A program made the translations under genes and the position numbers. From Anthoceros angustus (Eukaryota; Plantae; Anthocerotophyta): a stretch of DNA of 64,000 nt. Location of the stretch: positions 62,001 through 126,000 of the forward strand of contig MU008214.1 of assembly GCA_010909165.1 (NCBI GenBank), in the 5' to 3' direction. The notes beneath the pieces were generated by a model. The model had not been told where the DNA came from. It searched no databases and saw nothing but the letters and a program-made list of their open reading frames with translations. Numbering within the stretch: position 1 is the stretch's first letter; each line of letters starts with the position of its first letter. This document shows, in pieces, positions 37,406 through 50,400 of this stretch.

Positions 37406-38281
37406 TCAGGTTGTAGGTTTAGTGCATTCCTCAAGCCACAACAATAGTGGTAAGTGCAGAACAGAGGTGCATGTGAACTTACTGTAAAAGGTAATGAAGT
37501 TTCCGTTCTCCCCACCCCATCTGAACCAGTCCTCCCTCACCATGGCAATTCCGATAATAGTGCAGACATATGCCTCTGGAGTGAGAGGGTCGTTGATCCC
37601 GTTACCGTCTGTAAGCAGCCTCACAGTCCTGGACCTGTGCCCTCTAGGCAGAGTGTAGGGCCTTGGGTTGTGTGGTGCAGGTAGCACGACGTACTCGTTC
37701 TCCTCCTGTGGCGGCGCCCTTATTGCATTCAGAGGACCATGAGGAGAGAAGCGACGGTATCCATGAGTGGGAGCAGCAACAGGAGCAGCAGGTGCAGGCC
37801 GTGGAAGTTCTGGCCGTGGTGCCTGTCCTCCAGCAACTTGGAGCTGCCTCCGAAGCGTGGAGATCTCGTGTGTGAGAAGGGCCTCGCGCTCCTCCATCTG
37901 ATGGACTCTTCTCATCCAGTGTAAGCTTGTTCGCCGGGCCTCACGCTCCACTTGCCTCAGCCACCTCGGAGTTCTGCCGTGCCGTGGGCACAGAGGAGCA
38001 ACATCAGGGCAGGTGCACATGGGAGCGTTGCCGGTGGCGGCGTCAGGCGGAGCTGGGTGTGGGGCAAGGTAAGCCGCAACATGAGCAGGCGGCTCTTCAG
38101 CTGCATCTGGCGACACCGGTCCTTGGGCAGCTGAGTGCAATGGCTGCTGCTCCTCAGTCTCCTCCTTAGCAGCTTCGCGGAGCATCCTGCGGGCGATTTC
38201 ATCCTCGTCCTCAGAAGAGCTGTCCAGAGGAATTGGCTTGCGAGCAGAACCCAAGGAAGTTCCGTTGGTCACCATCTTCAC
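37406..38281 (-). CDS. 291-aa ORF antisense to the Copia pol end (retroelement accessory or gag-like)
   Basis: Long ORF with acidic N-terminus, Pro-rich linker and coiled segment REALLTHEISTLRRQLQ. Frameshifted continuation (EAGVEYGTEDEDTDEE) runs toward the pol stop. Confidence 0.5.
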   Translation of the reverse strand: MKMVTNGTSLGSARKPIPLDSSSEDEDEIARRMLREAAKEETEEQQPLHSAAQGPVSPDAAEEPPAHVAAYLAPHPAPPDAATGNAPMCTCPDVAPLCPRHGRTPRWLRQVEREARRTSLHWMRRVHQMEEREALLTHEISTLRRQLQVAGGQAPRPELPRPAPAAPVAAPTHGYRRFSPHGPLNAIRAPPQEENEYVVLPAPHNPRPYTLPRGHRSRTVRLLTDGNGINDPLTPEAYVCTIIGIAMVREDWFRWGGENGNFITFYSKFTCTSVLHLPLLLWLEECTKPTT

Positions 38282-39284
38282 AGACGCGAGTAAGCCGCTT
38301 AGGTCCAGTGCAAATCATTCTGAGTTTAGCAGCACAGACAGGGATCTTATGCTGTGAGAGTAATGGCCACACGAGACTGGTAGCTGGGTGCGAGCATAGT
38401 GAGTTTCTCGCGTTTCTCTTATGCTCGAGTATCTACGGACTGTTAGACAAAGTATATGGGCGCTCTACGAAAGGAAAGAATCCGCTCTCCTTGGCAATGG
38501 AGAACATGATGTCTCAGACTACGTCATGTATAGCAATGCACTGTCCACCTATTGGACAGTGAGCTAAGTGGGTCCCAAAGTCGTTGAGAGAGATGGCACA
38601 ACAGCAGGTCGTGAGAGAACAGGTTAGAAGTTGAACCAAGCCCAGGCGAAACCTCATCGCGGGAGAAAAAGAAGCCGGTGTGAATCCGAAGGCCTAGATG
38701 CAAGGTTGGGCCAGAAGCTAGGAACTTGTTCCCTTTCTAGAATAAGAGCAGAGACGAGCTCAAGTGGGTTGTGCAATAGAGGAATCCAAAAGAAGGGTCT
38801 GCTGCTCAAGGACTACGAAGTCCTTGCGGAGAAGCAATATCCCCCTTGGGATATTGAAGAGAGGGCGTAACACCCGACGGGGACCAGACCTTTCAAGTAC
38901 TTCAAGATCTTCACCTTTAAACCTAGGCGAAAAAGCTCTAAGGGGAAGAGTTCAAAAGCTTCCTTCACCTTATCACTCGGCCTTAGGCGATGAGTGCCAT
39001 TTACAAAAACCAACAAAAACCAAATCAACTCAGTTTCTGGCAAAATAGGGTTGGGATTTTTTCCAAAACCCCTTTTGACAGGAGAAACCCCTTTTGACAG
39101 GAGAAACCCCTTTCTACACAGACGTTGTTTGCTCCCGGAGGTGGAAGCCAATACTGTAGCTAATGAGTCGCAAGAACGCCTGCTCCACGGCGATAGGGTG
39201 CAAGCGCACCCCTTGTGTTGGCTTTTCCATTACCAATAACCTGCTAGCACCCAACAATTGGCAATTCTAGTGGGGTTCTCACTC

Positions 39285-39912
39285 CTCGCCATAACCGCTA
39301 CCAGAATAAAAAGCTCCGAAAAAACACAAGAAGGATCCGCGGGAGTAAAGTAGTCCCGGAGGTGGTTATAGACCGTCCTCGACAAACCACCCGAAGAACG
39401 TTACGGACGAGTAGTAGGAGCTTGGGCAAAAACCGCCCTTTCGAGGCAGAAGAGCTTCTCAACCACAACAAACTTCAGGATATCCTGTGGAATGGGGCAC
39501 TTGGAGCCGAGTGAAAGCGCACGAAGAGCAGCGATAGTCTCTCCAAGGCTAACGCCACCAGCTCTTGGCGAAGAGCCCGGGCGGAGGGCCCGGGCAACCC
39601 TAGCTCCCAGCACGGCCTAGCAAGAGGCACCTCTTGAGACGCACCTTTGTGGGGTCCTAACGAACAAGCTTAGCCGACTCGAACCTACAGCACGGTTAGT
39701 GATAACCTCAGCAGAGATGGTGTGTCGAGTAGGGTCAATAAAATAGATAGATAGATATAATTGAATGATAATAAAGGAATAGACATAAATAATTGATTTT
39801 ATTTATAATAATAAATCGGTGAAAAAACCCTCGGGCGTTTTGGGGTTTAAGTTGGGCACCTCGAGTGCAGGAGCGTCTCTAAGGGAGGAGAAGGATTCTG
39901 GGAAGGGAGACA
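39285..39912 (-). mobile_element. Putative ~610-bp LTR with adjacent PBS-like sequence from a second retroelement
   Basis: Minus strand begins TGTCTCCC at 39912, contains an AT-rich TATA-like block, and is followed by TGGTAGCGG. No similarity to the LTR at 31768; the CA end is imperfect. Confidence 0.35.
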
Positions 39913-39914
39913 TT

Positions 39915-40490
39915 TGTGCTCATTTGGAGACAACGCCTTGCTCATAGCGCTTCAGACTTCAGATGCTCTGGCGTATCTTCATTCTGCGGCCAACACCGAG
40001 ATGATGGAGGTTCGGCAGCAGGATGAAGATACGCCAAAGCATCGAAAGTCTTCAAATGTTTTCTTGACGATGACTTGAATGCTAAGGTGGCAGATTTTGG
40101 CATGTCGTAGCTGGCTCCTACCAAGGGAGCCACTCCTGTTCGACAATTCTAATCCAAGGCACCAGGGGCTACGTCGATCCGGAATACTGTGTCAGCTTCA
40201 AGCTGACTCCCAAGAGCGATGTCTGCAGCTTCGGCGTTGTGCTGCTCGAACTCATCTCTGCAAAGCTTGCTCCTGATTTTCAGAGACGAGATGATGAGGC
40301 TTATTTGGCGAACCTGGCATACTCTGCCATGGACAGTGGGGAGTGGGAAGAACTGGTCGACCTTGGGTTGGCGGACACCTATAGTTCAGCCAATGGGAAG
40401 GCATCGATAGACAGTGTGGGAGCTGTTAGGTGCTTGGCCTCCACATCACGAGAGCGTCCCGAAAGAGTTGCAAACGGTCTGGCTTCTTCG
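39915..40490 (+). pseudogene. Wall-associated-kinase-like receptor kinase fragment (subdomains VIa-XI)
   Basis: [72 protein letters not shown], with a stop and frameshifts. Confidence 0.85.
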
Positions 40491-41384
40491 GGACTCGGAC
40501 TCCTCCTTCCAATTCGATCATGTCCGCCATTCTCTGCAGCCACATAATGTTTACTGTTATGTCTGTGCTTCGTATGACTGCGTGTCCCCGCAAAGTCCCC
40601 TCTCGTCTCAGTGCAGCAGCTCCAGCACATCCGCTCCTGAAATTGAGTGTCAACATCTCTGATGTTCAACAGTCTAGAAGCAAGCTGCCTGTAGAGGCAT
40701 GATGGACTGATTTCAACTACAGGCAGTACGATGCAGACAGCGAATATGATCACAATGGTATGTACAAAAGGCCTTCCTCCCCTGCATTACACTACTTTGT
40801 GACCAAATGCCCTGACGTGCTATGACTTGCGCAGTTATTTTACAGAACAACACTGCCGACGTTGTCTACTGGGTTTATCTTGAATGAGATCGTTTAATGA
40901 AAGTGAATTTGTAATGTCGGAGAAGATCAGCCCAGGAGATCAAGACCGAGAGCCAGAGCTACTTTCTTTCTTCTTTGCTTGAGATAGACTGTGAAGAGAC
41001 CGAGGCCAATATTTAGCTCAAGTGTGTAGGGCTGACTGCACTGACATTAGTCATTGATGCTAGCCAGATTTTTCAAGTCACCTCGAGTATTCAACAGAGA
41101 CCTAACACGTTGTTAACCAAGGAAGAAAATATACGAGCTCTGCTTCCCAATAGTGTGTCAGTCTCATGTGGCTAGCATCTGTGCCTATGGCCTGAATGTT
41201 TCAGCCTGATCATCTGTGTGGGTTTCTTGTGCACAAGAACGTGCAGCAAGGCCTGGGGCAAGTGCCCCTGCGGTGCTGACCACATTTTGCACTTGCCTTC
41301 ACCTAACAGAGCATGCTGCATTCCTCTTCCCCGTTGCTGATTCTGGTGTATGTGTCTTGTAGTAAGCTTTGTCTATTTTGGAGC

Positions 41385-42330
41385 GTTGCGTTTGTCTAGT
41401 GCAGGAGCATTTGAAGAAAGCAAAAGTTGGGCCTCTGCCTGGAGTCACCCGAAACATCAGGCTTCCAGGTCTGAGATATGTCCTCACCAGCACTTGATTT
41501 ATCATCTTCCAGCCTGAGGCGAAAGTGATGGCAATCATGCGTTGAAGATCTTCCAGCCTACTTGCTGTGCCTGCTAGCAATTGTGCGTTTGTCGGCAAGA
41601 TGTGTTATGCCAGGTTGGTAGACATCCAGTCATGTATCTATGCACTTGGAGTGCTAGTCCCCAAAATCCGAGATGTTGACACAGGGTCGAAGCTGTCATG
41701 GGAGCCTTCACAGCCCAAGCACAACGACGCAATTATCAGGGGCGCGCTCTACCATTGACCTAATAGCCCACCTCCGAAACGGCTTGTTTCGGCGGCTTTA
41801 CGCTTTCCTTTGTTTGGCCTCTCATTTCACCCCCATGTGTTCTTGGCTAGCCATCGCCTGTTTGGCCAGGTAAGATTAGTGTTCCACCCTGAAGATGGTG
41901 ATTGACTGGTATTGCAGCCTCCCCACCACCTACAGGACTGGTATCATCGTGAGAAGCATATGAAACTCTATTTGGCTGATGTTGCTGCTTGCTCCTCAGG
42001 AACCGTAAAGGACTCGGTTGTAGGAGAAGAGTGGATTGCAAGGCACTTGCTCTCGCCTCTGAATGTGCGCGATGTTTACTCAAGCTGGAAGCTGGATGGG
42101 AATGCTGAGCAACCTGACGGTCCAAAGGTCTGAAGCCTTCTCCAAGTTGGTGTGGGGAGATGGACTTTCGTTCAGTCTTGTTCCTCTAATATTGTGTCAT
42201 GCTCGCAGGCTGTACCTGGCAGGGTCTCAGATGTCGGACACACCCTGGCTGCAACATATCGGTCATTCAATGGGAACCTGGATGATCTGCAAGAGATGGA
42301 AAGCTTGGTGGACGCTTGATGGATGCAGTG
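41385..42330 (+). pseudogene. Partial unprocessed duplicate of the DGP2-like gene (exons 5-8)
   Basis: Near-copy of 29250-29950 including intron sequence; ~180-bp insertion in exon 6 (about 41690-41870); frameshifts. Confidence 0.88.
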
Positions 42331-42369
42331 ACTTGGATTCCTGATTTCTCAGCTGTCAGGCGCTGATGC

Positions 42370-43560
42370 CTGAAAGCAAGGGACTGGCTGGAAGAGAAGC
42401 TAGTGAAAGAGCCCACCTTGCTGCTGATGTCGCTAGGGCTTCCAAGCGTGGGCAAGTCAGCTATTCTCAACAAGATGTATCAGCTTACAAGATCGGGGTT
42501 TCCAGGTACTGTTTGCTGCTAGCGCTGTTTTTTGCACGTGAGAGTCGTATAGCGTCAGAAGAGTCATCGGAGCCTTTGGAGGCCAAGCCTTGTCTATCTG
42601 AAAGCATAGCTTTTGTCTAGCGCAGGAGCATTTGAAGGGTAACGTGTGTAGTGCCAGGTTGGTAGCAAGCATCTATGCGCTTGACACACCTGGAGTGCTG
42701 GTTCCAAAAATCCGTGATGTTGAGACAAGGTCGACGCTGTCATTGACTGGTAAAGTGTCCCCACCACCTACAGGCCCATTGCTATTGTTAGAACCACTTG
42801 AAACTCTGTTAGCTGATGTTCCTGCTTGCTCTTCAGGAGCCGTAAAAGACTCTGTGGTAGGAGAAGAGCGGATTGCAAGGTACTTGCTCTCGCATCTGAA
42901 TGCGCGTTATGTGTACTCGAGCTGGAAGCTGGATGGTAATTCTGAGCAACTTGATGGTCCAGAGGTATGAGGTGCAGTCTTGTCCGGCACACCCTGGCTG
43001 CAACATATCTGTCATTCAATGAGAACCTCAATGATATGCAGGAGATGGAAGGCTTGGTGGACGACCAAATAAAGGCCTTGTCAGGCCTGTTGGAAATCCC
43101 CGCTGCGTTGGTAGATGGTGGCTCACCACGTGTGGCGCAGGAGCTTGTGCAGGTGTACAGAGCACGTAGCTTGGGGCGCTACACATGGGATATGGTTCCC
43201 GACCGCAGAAAAAACAGGTGTGCAGGAAAAGGTCTGTATTCACACACTTGCTGAACTATGAGAATATGCAAAAGCTACACATGCCCCATGATAGGAAAAA
43301 TTCCATCCAAGTGGACGGTAATATGCTTCTTCTTTTCTTCTTCTTCCTTAGGTTACCAATAGTGGTGTCATGCTCCTCACGTTACTAATTCTGGTGACGT
43401 CTTCTGTGTCCAGTGAAGTAGATAGAGGTAGCTGAAGTACATCAAATCACACGGTTGAAGGGAAGCTGTTTAAAGTGGTACTGCATCTTAGCTGAGAGGA
43501 GGTCCAGCCGGCCGTGCCCACACCCTGCAACGTCTTTTTGCACAATGCCATTGTTGCATA
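42370..43560 (+). pseudogene. Second partial duplicate of the DGP2-like gene (exon 4 to 3' flank)
   Basis: Copies of exon 4, start of exon 5, exons 6-8 and the downstream flank (cf. 30170-30360), with internal deletions. Confidence 0.88.
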
Positions 43561-46500
43561 TTACCTCTACGCAGATAACGAAGCACCAACAGCAGCAGCA
43601 CCGACAGCAAAAGCAAGCACAACAGTCTAGAACCCGCTTCAGTTGAAGCACCAACAGCAGCAGCACCAACAGCAGAAGCATGCACAACAGTCTAAAATTC
43701 GCTTCGTATGCACCAGCAACAACTAACTGAAAGCTTCTTGCTTCGGCTCCGCGTCGCGAGAGCTAGCACCAACAGTAGCATCAACAGCTGCATGCGAACC
43801 AGCAAAATATGAAGAGTATGAAGCACACGAAACGGATGAAGGGGTACGAAGTATCAAGTATACCAAGTATGAAGGGTACGAAGTATGAAGCGCATGAAAG
43901 GTTTGCTGAGAACCCTAAACCCCAAGCTTGGGAAGAATTTTTCTTGAGGAAAAAACTGATGGGGAGAGTCGAATGGTAAGTATGAAAGATATGCTCTGCT
44001 ATTGCTAAGGCTGAGGTGGTTTTCCAATACCATGAAAAGCAAGAGCAGATTGAGCAACATGGGGAGGAAGAGGCTAGCTAGCTACCACAACGAGGTCTCC
44101 AACCTAACGTTGACAACCCTGCGGATCGAGCGTCAGCAACCTTGAGTCTTGAGTCATGAGCCCGAGTTGAATAGCAAGTTTTGATATCCAATTCGGAATT
44201 TAGAATGGCTCATTTAGGACCAGCCTCCACTCACATGATTTTGGCAAGTGCATGGTTTTGGAACGCTTGCCAACTAGTGTCTTCCACGAAGCTATCTATA
44301 AGAACATATCAATGATGTTAGAGATTCAATCCTCTGCTACTTACTCTAGTATATTAGGATATACTAGGATATTGCACTATCGAGTCTAGGGCTTACCTCC
44401 TCGATAGTTGCCTAGCATAAGGGCTATATATGTAGCACCCTGTGCACCATATTAATGTGTACTTTGGAGCCTATCTAAGCCAGTGGTGCTATTGCGTGTG
44501 CCATCCATTGCCTGCGCGTATACGCTAATTGTGTTGATCACATGCGTTGGGTGTTGTGTCCGAGCTAGTACTTTCATGGTATCAGAGCGGGAACACTAAT
44601 TGCGAGACTTGATAAAAGAGGACGGAGTTGTGATGGCGATGGGCTCAGTAACCACCGCGCCTTGAGGGCGGGTGTTTGATGGAGCAGTTCCATGTATGGA
44701 AAAGGTCCATGAAGGTTCTGGCGATGGCGGAGGGGCGCGTATGGCATTCTTGAGGGCAAGAGCGAAACCGAAGATGAGGAGAGAGGCAGAGAGAATGGAT
44801 GCGAGAGACCACAAAGTCTGACTCTCCTATATATGAATCTCTATTTGAGAAGGTCGGAGAACGGACAAAGGCCGGTACATTTGGAATCTTCTCAATGAGA
44901 AATATGGCGGAAGGAGCGGTGAAGTATTTCACTTGTTTTGTCGTGTGACATTGAAGTATTCGAGGAGGCGATTTGCAGCACGACACCTTTCATGGCTATT
45001 TCTGGCGCTAGCATCGGCTAGCGCTTTGCTATCCGAGGAGGACATCTGAGAAGATGTTTCTATATCGTTCTATGCGAAGCTTGGTCGGGGTTCATAGATT
45101 TCCTAATAGCCCAAGACACTCTCACATGGGAGGAGGTCACCTCTAAGATGTTGGCGAAGGAGACTTGATTGGGCCAATGGCGGGATCTTCAGTCCGGAGC
45201 ATGCGATGTTCATCAAGGGAAGGGGCCGGAACAAGGACAAGGACAAGGACAAGCGGGAGTCCTCGCAAGGACAGAAGGACAAGAGAATAGTGAAGAGGGG
45301 ATAGTGCCGGAAATGCTTCAAGTATGGTCATTATGAGAAGGATTGCAAGGATCGGAAGACCGCACATCTCACGGAGGGTGAGAGTAAAGGTGAGGTTGCG
45401 GAGGCAACGCTCGCAGAAGAAGTATCGCACGCGTGCTATACTGGCGAAGCGATACGGCGATAGATTCTGCATGTACATCCTTTATGGTGAAGGATAAGGA
45501 GCTCCTTCAAGACTACAGGAGGGAGAAGACAGCGGTGCGCCTAGGGAACGATAGCGAGATAGGCGTCGAGGGTGTGGGGGAGTACAGGCTCAGATTGCTC
45601 GACGGCGAGGTCAAGGCAATGGAAGGAGCACTGTTTGTACCGCACCTACGTAGAAATCTCATGTCTGTGGCACCATTGACCGATGCAGGTCTGCAGGTCC
45701 TCTTTACGAAGAAGGAAGTTTTGTTTCTGAAGAATGGTCAGATGCACGGCGATGTGGTGGCAAAAGGCCACCGTCTGAGAACATGTACGGATGGAGGTTC
45801 ACGACCAAGAGGTTACGGCGATGTCGGAGAAAGGTGGAAATGCTTCCGTGGCATAGGCGGTTTGGGCATACCAACTTGAAGTTTCTCCACGGAGATGGAG
45901 CGGAAGAAGCTCGTGATGTGCATGGAGCTCAGGCGAGAACTTTGCGTGGCGCGCTTGGAAAAGGCAAGCATCCCGAAGGTCTTATGTTTCACCACGAAGA
46001 GAGCAAAGAAGTCTTGGAACTTGTCCACTCGATCTTTGCGGACCAATGCAAGTGGAAGCAAGGATGATACGAGATACTATATTTCGTTTATCGGCGACTA
46101 CGGAGGAAACGGTGTACTTCTGCGGAAGAAGAGTGGCGCTCTCAAGCATTTCAAATGTTCGAGGCGGAGAAACAACGGAAGAAGTTGAAGAAACTTGAGT
46201 GATGAGGAGAGTATTTGAGTAAACTCTTCAAGGATGAATGCCTGACGGAATTGAGAGGCGTTGACAAGGTACCGCATAGCAGTGAGGATCGCCGAGGAAG
46301 AATCGTACCATCTGCAATGGCGCTAGGAGTATGCTAGCGGAAAGTAATCGATGGCAGCAGTACATGAGAATATGTCAATTACCATGGCGCTAGGTGGCTC
46401 TATGACACCCCATGAAGCTTGGTTTGGTGAGAAACCAAATATCTCACACTTGAGAGTGTTTGGCTGCGTAGCATATGCGCATGTTCCTAAGCAACTGCGG

Positions 46501-47484
46501 AAGAAGTTGGACGACAAAAGCATCAAGTGCAGCTTCATTGGTTATGCGAATGAGCGAAAACTTCAGTTGTGGGATCCGTCGGCGGATGCATGAAAGTTCG
46601 ATGTCGTGTTCGATGAGAACAATATTGGAAGTCATGGAGGCACATGTTTACACGGACCTCGACTACGAGTTTATCCGGACACCTTCCTTGTCCCAAATCC
46701 ACCAATGATGAGAAGAGGATCACCACACAGGAGGGTGATGGTGAGGACATCCAGCGGTGAGGTCATACCACCTATTGTTCCGAGAATTCTCGGAGGAGGA
46801 AATTCAAAGGAGCACAACGGCGGCATGTTGAGGAGTTAGTTCCGGCATTGGAGGATGCGGAGGGGCGAACCAGCGGCTATTCCGAGGCGGTCGACAAGGG
46901 TTCGGCGGCCTTCGGAAGGTCCTCGAGAATGCCGACTCAACATGGTGAGCGGACGAATGGTGTTTTCTTCTCGAAGATGATATCCGCTCACAATTGAGGA
47001 AGCCGCAAGCGGACACGAAGGTGAGTTCTAGAATGAAGCTATTCGTACTGAGTATAATTCGATGCTCGAAAACAATGTTTGGACGTTGGTTGATTTGCCG
47101 CCCTGGAGAAAAGCCGTCGACCGCAAGCGGACTTTCAAGAAAAAGTACAATGCTGGCGGATCTCTGGAAAGGCATAAGGCGAGACTAGTGGCTTGCGGTT
47201 TCACTCAGGTGAAAGGCATAAGGCGAGACTAGTGGCTCGCGGTTTCACTCAGGTGAAAGGGCTGGATTACGAGGAGACCTTCTCCCTGGTAGTTCGCATG
47301 AACAGATCTCAAAGGCGTGATTCAAATCTCATACCTCCGAGGAGATGGTGGCGAGATATCTTAACACGATAATATTCATACCGCGAATAATGTGTGGTTA
47401 TGGAAAAATTACGCCGCTTGGTACTTTTCATGGTTACTAATTCACTCCAAACACGTCTCTTGAAAGCATGCGCCGTGCAAGCAA

Positions 47485-50400
47485 TCATTGTGATTGAGAT
47501 TTGAATTCGTGTCCAAAGTGCAATGAAGGTGCCAAGGTGCGGGGATGCTTGCGGACAAGCGGCAATGCTCGATTATAAGTAGAGTCGTCCGCTCGGATGT
47601 ATTCAAAAGCGGCCTCATGGCGGCGAACAGAACAACTTGCTACTAGAAGATCCGGTGTCATCCACTCCAAAGACAACGGCCCATACGACATCTGATTACA
47701 CGAAGCAGAAAACGTTCTAGCCACCTAAGGAAGTTCGGTCGAAGATTCAAGCGCACACAAAACCGGCTTCACTATCGGGAACTACGGTGGCGTTTCTCGA
47801 CGTTCTTCATCTCTCTCCGAAAGAGTCAGACCATCGCCGCTGGCGTCGTCGTCTTCCTTCCGTCAACCCGGGCATGTGCCGACCTCTAGTGTCTGCCCCT
47901 CATCGGCGGTCTCAGTCCTTTCTTTCATTCGCTTGACCCTAGAGGCACAATTTGAGCCTTCCCAATATCCTTCTCGTGGCGCAAACCTCCTTGGCCCAGG
48001 TGAGATGGACCACGGCGATGCGGCTCATGTGTTAGCTCCTCCTCCGCATCCGTACTTCATATCCATGTACACGCTGGAATGAATTACGCACACCTCTTAT
48101 GCCTCGATAGAAATACAATTTCGGCCAGACAACAAGGCAGCCATTAAAGATGACCCACTACCTGCACATGCATCCAATATCCAGTCCCCTTCCTTGGAGA
48201 ATGTCTTGATAAGCTTCATCATCAAACCTAAAGGCCGCTGGTAGGGACAGACAACAAGTTTGTCAAGTGAATGATAAACCGACTTTTCACAACGTATGGT
48301 GGGCAATCACCGACCGACCATTATTGAAAGTGCCAAAACATTAGGTAACATGACAGCAACTCGAGCTTTTCTTGTTACCGATGGTGACATACTCCACCGT
48401 ATCAAACCCACCCTTGTCGTTGTTGACATTTGTCTTGTCCCACACAAATGAAACAAGACCACCCCTCTGGCACCACTTCCGCATAGGCTCCCGCACAATA
48501 TGTGAATCTTCCACACCATGCATTATGATCATCCTGAACTGCATTCAGTCAAGTCATGGAAGGAATGCAAAACATTACCCACTTGCCAAATATCAAACCT
48601 TCCATCCTTTGGGCCCTTCTCGAATCCACGTGGGACATCCATCACAAGCAAAGAGTAACTCCTCTTCCTCACAAAACCTCGCATGTCCAGAACATCTCGA
48701 GCATGAATCTGGTACTGCACTTTTTTCTCCGACTGTGGGACAGTGAATTGCAACAGTCCCTCTTCTATGTCCCTATCTGCGAGCTCTCGCTGCTCATCCT
48801 CCAAGCCCTTCCATGTGTTGACCTCATAAATGAACTGTTGAAAGTTTTCGGGGCACTTGGTAAGGACTTCAATGTCTTTGTTGCTGCACAAAAAACAGGA
48901 TGCTTGTCAGTATTAGTCGCATGCGGAGGGAGGGCCGGCATCGGCGCCCCTCGCAGGGCCTCGCATCTAGACCGGTAGGCGCAGCATGCGGCGCGTCCTC
49001 CTCAACTACCTGCGTGAGGCGGCGTGCAGCCAGGCATCGGCGCCCAAGCGACAAGGGAGTGAGGAGGAGGGCGGCATGCGCCCTCCTCCTCCTCCCGCCT
49101 GCCATAAAGTTCTAAGAAACTAGAGAGTATGATAACATACCTTTCCCTCGGCGATGAACTGGCGACTACTTCGGTGGAATGTTGTGGGTACTCTTGCCTC
49201 ACCATCTCAAAAGATGAACATCCTAAGTGCTTCGCCATGGCCACTTGGATGATATGCAATTTCTTCGCAATATAATTTCATCGACATTCCTTCAAATCCA
49301 TAAGGCCGGTGAGAACTTTCTCTGGCACTAATAACATTGCTGCCCGCTCTCCCTGAGAATACCTTGAAAGCAACGCCATGGCTTTGTCTGCATCTCCTTG
49401 GGCTTCACCAATATACCTCAACTTGTTTCGTTTCTTCCGCTTTAGTTTGCCTTTGCTCTTTTGCTCAGTCCTGCTGCCACATGTTTCTTCTATTCCGGCA
49501 AGTCACAAGCCTCCCACTTTGCAAAAATTTTGTCCACATTCTCCCATACCCTTCCTTCCAACCGCTATGCACAAGATGTAAATCTGTTGTCAACCTTGTT
49601 ACATTTGTAGGCATCATCTTCCCGTCCTTCATCATCTTGATAAGACCCAATACCTTATACAGTTGAACTTCCAATTCATGGACATATGCACGCCATCCCG
49701 CTTATAAGCGGTTCATCTCGAGATATCTTACTTGCTCTATGAACGACATCTTCCGCTTGGCTATAAGCGCTTCATCTCGAGATATCTTACTTGCTCTATG
49801 AACGACATCTTCCGCTTGTCGACATTGTATTGTGATCATCGCCAAAACCCTCATTTCTGTGTGGTCACCCACAATACACATGTGCCTCTATCCATTTGAA
49901 ACGCTCTTTCCGGTGATATGTCCGCCAAATGTTGCATTACGCAAATGTGTGGTTCGCCTAACACACCCATGATGTATTTCTTTGCCTCAATTTTTCCATC
50001 CAGTCCTCTAGATCATCACACTCCTTGGGATCAATCATGCACAAAGGGGCAATACGCCCTCCTCAACTCGGCCCTTTCCAATCACGCGAGCGGATAATTA
50101 GTCCACGCTTCATCCACACGCCGAATCTGCGCAGGGGTTAGATAAGAGGCAGCAGATTCTCCAGCTTACCAACATCTCCGGACCACCTTCTTCGCATATC
50201 ATCTCGAATTGGTGAGGTAGTCCTCCTCGTGGAAGGAAGATTCCAACCTCTCTTCATCTGTTGAAAGGTGCACTGTGGGAATGTCTCCTACAGGTGACAT
50301 AGTTCACTGTAGTCTTTGCTTTCTTAGTATTTTACCATGTTCGGCTCCAAACTCTCTCGTTCGCTCGGATCCTCTTGCATCAACTGTTTCCTCTTTCGGA

